Of a stretch of DNA of 64,000 bases, positions 56,201 to 64,000 are shown one piece after another. How positions within the stretch are numbered: the stretch's first letter is position 1; every line of letters begins with the position of its first letter. Both the position numbers and the translations under genes were made by a program. The notes under the pieces were generated by a model. The model did not search any database. It saw nothing but the letters and a program-made list of their open reading frames with translations, and had not been told where the DNA came from. This stretch comes from Balanoglossus misakiensis (taxonomy: Eukaryota > Animalia > Hemichordata): assembly GCA_040954595.2 (NCBI GenBank), contig CM082596.2, positions 7,270,468-7,334,467 of the forward strand. The letters are read 5' to 3'.

Positions 56201-59200
56201 AATTTGAATATGATGCCTAAATGTATTATAAACTATCTGTGATATTATTTTGCACCATTCTCCGTGTCGTGCTTCTATAACCCCAATATGAAATAATTAA
56301 AACCAATATGTAATGACACTGACTTAACCCAATATGTTACACATTCGGACGGTTGGTATTACATATTTTACTGATATGTACTCAGTCGAGGTGTCGAGAA
56401 ATTGCGTGAAAATTCATTCAATTGTTATCAACGGCGCCCAAAACGATGGTTTTATTTCGTTGGAGAAATCTTGAATTCATCGCCAGTAGGATTATTTTGT
56501 GTGTGACAATTCTACACCACACTACAATAATCTAGAACCAGACAGCGATAAGCCCCAGGTCCTTTTCATCTTTGCATTCAGTCAACGCTCGAAAATCCAT
56601 CACGAACGAATTAACTAACGCGTTCATAATTCCTCGGAAATGTCCTGAATAAAAGTAAGTTTGTGAAAATATGAGAAATATGCACGTCTTTTGCATTTCA
56701 TTCTGTCGCCACGTTTTCATTCATATCTCCCCTTCTCAGTTTCTGCCAACTTTCCGTCTCGGATCTGACAGCTGGCAGCAAAAGCACGCTAACGTTTTTT
56801 TTTGTTGGTTTCAATTTACCTGGAAAATCTTTTATCTGATTCCACGAAAACCTCCAGGAAGGGCGGGGTGAAACGTAATCTCCAGGCAGCTAGCTAAGGC
56901 CCGGCCATTCGGACGCCAGTTCAGATCTGATACGTTCTTTTGCTTTTAAAAATCACGTTTCAGTGATATCGTGTATCACAAAAAGATACTGGGATTTTCA
57001 GATCGTCCGTTTTATTGATAAATAATTTATTTTCACTGTAATAATGCGTTTGTGTGTGGTTTATGATTTGAAATGTAGGGAGCGTGGCGGCCTGGGGAAC
57101 GGTGGATGTGTGGAATTTGACAGTGATGGAACACTCAAAAACACAATAACGGACTAGGAGACTTCGTGTAGGAAATACCCACGATTTTATGTTTTGATAT
57201 AAACAATGACGTCATTTGTTTACCAGTATACACATAACTTGACAGACGGAAGCGTCGACTTTACTGCTGAATGGACTTGGTTCTCAGGCCGTGGATGAAA
57301 ATTCGCTCTCTCAACAAAATCACGATAAATCATCTGTCAATACGTATTTTATAACAGTTTTGAAGGGAGAAACAGCCAGTCGCCAGCTGTCCGCGTTGCT
57401 TATGTAAAATCATTGGAACGACGGGGTTAAATCCCGCGCAGATGTTTTAGGGACGAAATGCATATCCATGGCTGTAGCGAGATTTTCGAAAATGTTTCCA
57501 CTTATTCCCTAACTTTACTTAAAACTGCCCGAATATGGGGGGTTGTTCACATAAGTAGCACGTGGATGTGAATCTACACTAGGCACATAACACTATAGTA
57601 TATGCACAAAAAGCGGTTATTATAAATCCATCTTGCTTTAAGTGAATAGGCGAAAGTCTTGATGTCTGTCACTATCCATTGTTACTTGTATATGCGTTTA
57701 CTGAGTCTTTAATGTAGACACTGCAGAGTGCTTCCTACGAATACAGTTCTAGTTATAATTCAATGGCAAAGAAATGGCATTGCGGTTTTCTCATCCCAAT
57801 CACTTCCTTCTCTTTCCCAATAAGACATCTACAAAATCTAATTGGTTATTTACACCATTTCTTGAAGCAAGTGCGTGCTTAAGCACTGTAACGCGAATTA
57901 CACCAATATGAATATTTGTTTCCTGGAGACAAGTAAACCGCTAACCTAGCAAAAGCAACAGCGCCCATCGCGGGGTAATCATTTTAATGGCGTCAAAACC
58001 ACTTTGCATCTTTTCAAAGAATAAGTTACTGAATAATGTAAATGTGAGAGGAATGTATGAGGGTTTTTCATTGATGCTGATTGCTTTTCTCGAAGCAGAC
58101 ACTCGATTCACCCGGGGTAGCGTGATATAGTTACATAGAGAGACATTTTTTTTTGCGATAAAAAGCGACAGGCTTTGATTTTACAGCCAAATCTTCCCCG
58201 CGATTCAAAGTTCACTCATTAATAATTTGCCGAGGGATGGTACGTTTCGAAGCTCGCGTTATCAGCGTAAAGACCTGTAGGCCCTAAGCTGGCTCAGAGT
58301 GAAGTGAAATATCGCATACATGCTTTTTTGGAACTTTATTCATCTCTTGCAGTACCTGTGACAATCAGCTGGGGGAAACGGCTTTGCATGAAGAATCTAT
58401 ACGTTTTGTTGAAGGCGTTCAAATTGGTTTCTTAGGGCGGGCGGCGGGGGAACATAATAGACCATTTTCCGAACTCAACGAGACCCGGCTAAATCTCGCG
58501 TGATCAGGATATTCGTGTAACACAGGACAAACGACAAATGGCCCGCATCGTGTTCAAGTTAAAAGACGCAACATTTTTTGTTGAACTCTGTAGGCTTTAA
58601 AAGTGGGGCATTTGAACTGAAAGTAGGACATAAACACAGCTATTAACTTTCGAGTGGCAAGTACGACACCCGTGGGATTTCGGCACAATTTACGGAGAGA
58701 CAAACAACGACACCTTTAGCACACTAACCGCGAGAAAATCTGCATTTTTACACCAAAAACCCATTTCCTTGTGAAACTTGAACACGAGGATAACTTTCAC
58801 TAATTCATAAAAGTCGCATGACTGACTATCCGTATACACGGGTCGTAAACCGCTGGGAATTTAGCGCGCACAGGGATCTGAATACTCTCACAAGAGTGTT
58901 GTTCGGCCCAGCGAGTGCACTTCCCACTCCCCCACCCTTAATACGCGGTACCATCGTCATTAATGTAGTGCGCGTCTCGGGGACACAGATTTAAATTTCA
59001 GAGAAATCGTTCTCCTTCAAACCTTCCATTGCTTTGCTTTGTTAAAGTTTAAAGGGGTCTTTTAAGATCAACAGCAGAAAACAGGATGTTAACTGTCTCC
59101 TTGTCATACAAAATCACAGCGTTAATCTTTTTCCATAGGCGGTCACGGTCATTTTGAATGCCAAAGTCTCGGTGACACATGAATTACTCTCAATTTTACG

Positions 59201-59399
59201 AAAGAATAATCTATGAATGCCTTGGGTAAAATATGAGGGGGTAAGACTTCGATTTTCCGCTACCTTTGTGCATAGTAAATTACCGGCAACGTTTGAGCCT
59301 GACACTCACTCTACTGACGCGAATCGCTTTTCGTGCATTATTAATTTTTTTTTATGAAAGTAGGGCAATAGTCACGGAAGATCAGATAACACGAAAATT

Positions 59400-59757
59400 T
59401 TAAAGGCTTGCAGTCACCTACACAAATTCAACACTGTTACCATGGAAGATTCAAGTATAGCCAATCATAGATTTTCAGTGGGTGGCCAGGGGGTGGCACA
59501 CGCGAAAAAAGTACGCCACCATGTGGCCATTCGAACACTTAGACGCGCCTTTTGACCTAGACTCTCTCACAGCCCCTCTCGTCGTCCATGCAGGCTTATG
59601 GACTGATCGCATGTGTTCGCTACACAACACCATATGGGGCTTCTCCTTTGCTAAACAGTCGAGGGCACATCAGTGAAGAGCCTTGTAGCGAACCGTGGGC
59701 CGTGAGAGAGTCTACTTTTGACCATGTAAAAAAGAGAGATGACCGTATACCTTTAAG
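59400..59757. mobile_element. K3 MITE, longer TTAA-flanked copy
   Basis: TTAA-AGGCTTGCAGTCAC ... TGACCGTATACCT-TTAA. The internal sequence matches 36531-36720 inverted. Confidence 0.72.
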
Positions 59758-62700
59758 AGTTTTCTGTAAACCGCGCACGCGCACACGCACTCACACTGAC
59801 TGACTGACTGACTGACTGACACACATACAGTGTCACAGACAGATAGGCCTACACACATACGTCAAGGAAATGCTTCTGCCGATTACCAAAGTACGATGGT
59901 TATCGACGTATGGAAGCCGTTTCGCCACACCGGCACTCTTGACAATCGCTTGTCCAATACATGTGACCAACACAGCAATATTGCCCTTGACAACCTACAC
60001 GTATAGTGATCTGTTATTGATTGCATCATAAATATCCGTGAGTTATCGCCGCTTGGCGTTGATTAAGTGGCGGTGAAGTACGCGCCGGGTCAATTATCTC
60101 AGTCGATCTCTCTGTGGGGTTCTGAGAGAGTACACAGCATCTACAGAATACTGAGATCGACGCAATTCAATTTGTCGAGATGAATGTTGGCAAATTAAAC
60201 CCGTTGACATTTGAATAAAGTATTGACAGCACAAGCTGATTGTGCACCCGTGAATAACATCCAAGTCTTATCTGCAACTTTAATTTAGAGTAACTAACCA
60301 GATAAATAGTTTCTCGGGAATTCATTCCACGTTTTTAAATGTCGCCCCGTTTCGGTTCTTGTTCGGATATTGTTATTGGAGTTTCGTCTATTCAATATCT
60401 TTCATTACTTCAACGGGCAGGAAAACAACTATTCAGGGCGGTAAAAGTGCCGTTTTGTTATTGGTTATTCAGTGACTATATAACCCACCTCAACACTGCC
60501 GAGAAATTCCATATAAGTCCGACTTAATCTTGAAAAGCGAATATATATCTCGGGGACACACTTTCATCAAAGGAAAAGATCTCCGAAATCTTTCTGTTCT
60601 GTCTTTCATCAAATATTGAAATGCAAGATTTATCCCCAGTTGCCTTTTTTGATGTTATTTCTTTGTAAAAATGTTATTCGTTTTCGATGCTTTTTATACA
60701 GAATGCTTCATTTTCATCAAGCCATAGAAACCAGTCCTTCAATTACTCTTTCTTTGAGAAATGTCTTTTTGTGAAAAAGGTGTTATACAGATGTTGCGCG
60801 GGTACAAATAACATACTGTTATACCACACGTATGATCACTTGCTCTATTTCTTGGCTGTTTTTTTTTCCATGACTGCGGCGAACCCTGGACACCTAAAAA
60901 AAACACGGTTCATTTGAAACTTGAACTGGCGCATATGATCCTAAGCCCGGTTGAATAGACGCCGCCTACGCGATTGAAACAATATCTTATTTAGCTACAC
61001 ATGGTTGGGGGGGGGAGGGGGGTCATGCTATAAATCTACCTTCCAGTTGATGAAATCCGGGCAATAAGCTTCTTTTCGTTGGGGGAGATAATCGCAACAG
61101 ATCAACGGGGTAGGTACGGCGTTGTGGGCATTCCCGTAGGCGGTTATTCACAACGGGTCCTTCGTTGGATCAATACATGATCTCTGCCTGTGCTGTTATA
61201 TTCTGTTAACGGTTGCTGGTCACAGGAAAGCAATACACTGTTTATTAGGGGCAACCTTCTTCAAGTTACTACGCATCTTCTATATATTCGCAGAAGTGGT
61301 ATGGATAGTTACCTGTACACCATGCATATTAGTGCTACAGGAATCAGCTGCCTAATTTCACACATTTTTCCACAGTAAAATACTTCAAATATTTTCCTTA
61401 TCCTTTAGAATTCTCACCATTAAGCCATATTACTTGCCTTTGCATCAGTTTGTCATCTCTTGGCAACGCATACCACGATAGCTGCGTATTCTTTTTATGG
61501 AGGCTGATTAAATCGGTGCGGCACCGTTTTAATACATAGCGTGTTCAAATTGCAACATGCAGTCAGAATCGGGCATCGATAAGGTGTTCATATATACCTA
61601 TCAGTAAGCTTATTTAGATGGACCAATTGAATTTAAGTTGGAATATAAAGTAATGAAAATTATGCAAAAGTGGCAGCTCTAGAGGCTTTAACGTGTGGAC
61701 AGTCATCATTATTATCTGCCAAGATACATGAGTACGTGTCCTATCCCAGAGTTGAAGGTCGATGTAACCTTAATAAGTAGCGCTGCTTTGAAGTATGGGG
61801 CTATCTCATCAGAGAAACCAATCTTAGTACATGTATACTATTGACACGTGTCGTTAGTGCCTTCGAGTGAAAACTGCGTGTGCACGCCAACACAGACGCC
61901 GCCGACCGTGAATGTCGGCATCGGTACATACTTGTAAATGAGGTACAATGTATACAGACAACCGTGAACAATCTACTCCAAGACGGTAACTTCTTCTGTC
62001 TCCTGCTGCGTGGTTAAAGGCCGACGATCTTCTCATGCGCATGTGCGTAATTTCGTGTGTACGAACATTACGTCCGATCGGAATGTTCTGTAAATGTTGC
62101 GTTCGACGCATTAAAATTGTGGACTGCCTTCGCTTCCTTCCCTATTCCATGGGTAGAGTTCAGTTTTGTCCCTTCTTTTCACCCAATTTTGCTGTCTTTT
62201 AATTCCCGATCTCCGACACAGACTATGGTCGCCGCCATCTTGTATGTTGTTAGCACAGCACACTATACCTTTGCATTGACTATACAATTTTCAAGACGAT
62301 CGTCGCCCTTCACCCGTGGAACGTTAACCTCGGTTGCCATGGCAAATGGCCAGTCACGTGTTTTCATTTGGGCGGCAACGCGAAAAAGGCACACCACAGT
62401 ATGGTCATTAGAAGACCCAGACACGCCCTTCGGACCATATATGGGTATATGCCAGTTGAGGTGATTACATGAATTTCTCGCATTGTTTCGACACGTAAAG
62501 TAGTACAAGTCACACACCACCAAGTTAACGCCCTTTATGTCACGTGACGCGGAAAATTCTGACGGACGGGTACTGATATAACTTATGAGATGTGTGTGTG
62601 TGGGGGGGGGGGGATATGTCGAATACCACCTGGCCAGGTGCCTTGTTCAGTTTCAGACTTCGCGCTCAAATGCAAAAATAATTGCTCCTCCAACGAATTA

Positions 62701-63639
62701 AACGTATTCAAAACACGGCGTGTGGGCGTAATGTGCAAAACAGAACTTTCCACAAAAACTAGCACTTTTAACAACACTTTCAGCTAAAATAGACGCATTT
62801 AGGGATAAAGGGCATAGGGTATCACGGGTGTATTTTTTTACCTTTAAAGATCTTCTTCTCTGTTCAGCCGAGTTCCATTTCATCACTCCAGGCTGCCTGA
62901 TATATAGTGAGAAACTACTTTCGAGGACGTGTTCCAGAGATCTGGGAGAATGGAAGCGAAAAAGTATACACTATTTGAACCCAAGTGTTTACCGATGATG
63001 AATAAGAATAGACGTGAAAATCTCTCCTCAGAGTTCGCAAAAGTATGGTGACGACTAAGAAAAAAAGTACATTTCTGAAAGTGCATCTACCGAAATGGGT
63101 TTGGCGATCTCATTTAAGCTCCATTAGCTGTAATGTTGCACGTTTATTTTCGACATTTTATTTCTGTGTGTATCAAGTAGTTTCTTGTTCGACCCCCCCC
63201 CCCCCCAAGCAGAGTACAATGTAAAATGCCCGGTGTTTATTTAGCTTACCATGAAAGTTTACTCGTGAACAGTCAGCAAAGTCGTTTTCCAGTTCCACAA
63301 TGCAGTACGCGCTAACTACAGACGACAACCTGAAGACATCATCACATGATTGCACGTTTCAGAACACGACATGGTTTCCTTTCTTCAACGTGCTACTGCA
63401 TGTACATCCGTCGAAGTGTACCCTATAAAAATAATAATAAGTCATATATTAATTGTTGAAAAAAACAGAATTCAAATCATGACGTCAGCAACAGTGGTCA
63501 GTGCACATATGTAACAGTATATCGGTAAAGTTAAAGAACACCTTCGTTTTATGCGTTTATTTACGTGTCCCTACACGCACACAATTTCAGGCAATAGTTG
63601 TTGGAACTGTTGCCTAAAGTCAGGTGACAGTTTCGGGGC

Positions 63640-63725
63640 GACTGCAGTTGGGTTTGCGCTTGTATGGGAGGACATATTCTCATCAAGGGGGACACCCACG
63701 CGGCGCGACGACCCCTTCCCTTTAA
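63640..63725. mobile_element. Partial K1 MITE
   Basis: GGGGACACCCACGCGGCGCGACGACCCCTTCCCT-TTAA, as at 13981-14018. Confidence 0.8.
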
Positions 63726-64000
63726 AAGGGAAACTTTCCAAATAATATACACAGCTTTGCACTGAGCCCAGACAGTAAACATGTTTTGCCTAGCTGTTAC
63801 TATCCCACCCCACGAAGGAAATACACTGGGTTCCTAGCTCTCTGGGGGAAGGCTATTTAGTTTCCATTACTGCTACTTCTACATTGTCACGGCTTTGCTA
63901 AAATAATGCTAATACCACACGATTTGCCCCTGTTCGAGATGCTTCTAGCCTCGAGCGCCGTGCAGAACGATTTTGTCCCGTAATGTCCTCTCGAGTAAGC

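Noticed and set aside
50300-64000. Many short 60-135 aa ORFs
   Set aside because: None has a domain motif, coding-like composition or consistent splice chain. They are treated as intronic or intergenic, although a small exon could have been missed.

Overview
This is eukaryotic animal DNA with GT-AG introns. An invertebrate deuterostome such as a hemichordate or echinoderm is my inference from the gene and repeat repertoire; the sequence does not prove it. Bases 1-5750 are the end of an 88-bp satellite array that changes orientation and subfamily. Five genes were assembled by hand from splice sites and reading frames. (1) An adhesion GPCR of at least 31 exons and about 2,240 aa (9616-28680, +). 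Its ectodomain is 4x pentraxin/LamG-like, an F-type lectin domain split by a FAMeT-like (Methyltransf_FA) exon, 2x HYR, sushi, cbEGF, HRM and GAIN with a non-canonical GPS, followed by 7TM. (2) An intronless invertebrate-type dopamine-receptor-like GPCR with Glu at the conserved TM3 Asp (29775-31046, -). (3) A secreted PAN-EGF-F5/8C protein whose stop codon is a MITE target site (36343-41048, -). (4) A cGAS-like receptor with a long basic N-terminal disordered region and no zinc thumb (44264-47557, +). (5) The first coding exon of a prostanoid-receptor-like GPCR (49421-50245, +). The rest is introns and intergenic DNA with several TTAA-flanked MITE families and micro/minisatellites. No rRNA, tRNA or CRISPR array was seen. 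Domain calls come from motif recognition by eye; no database searches were run.
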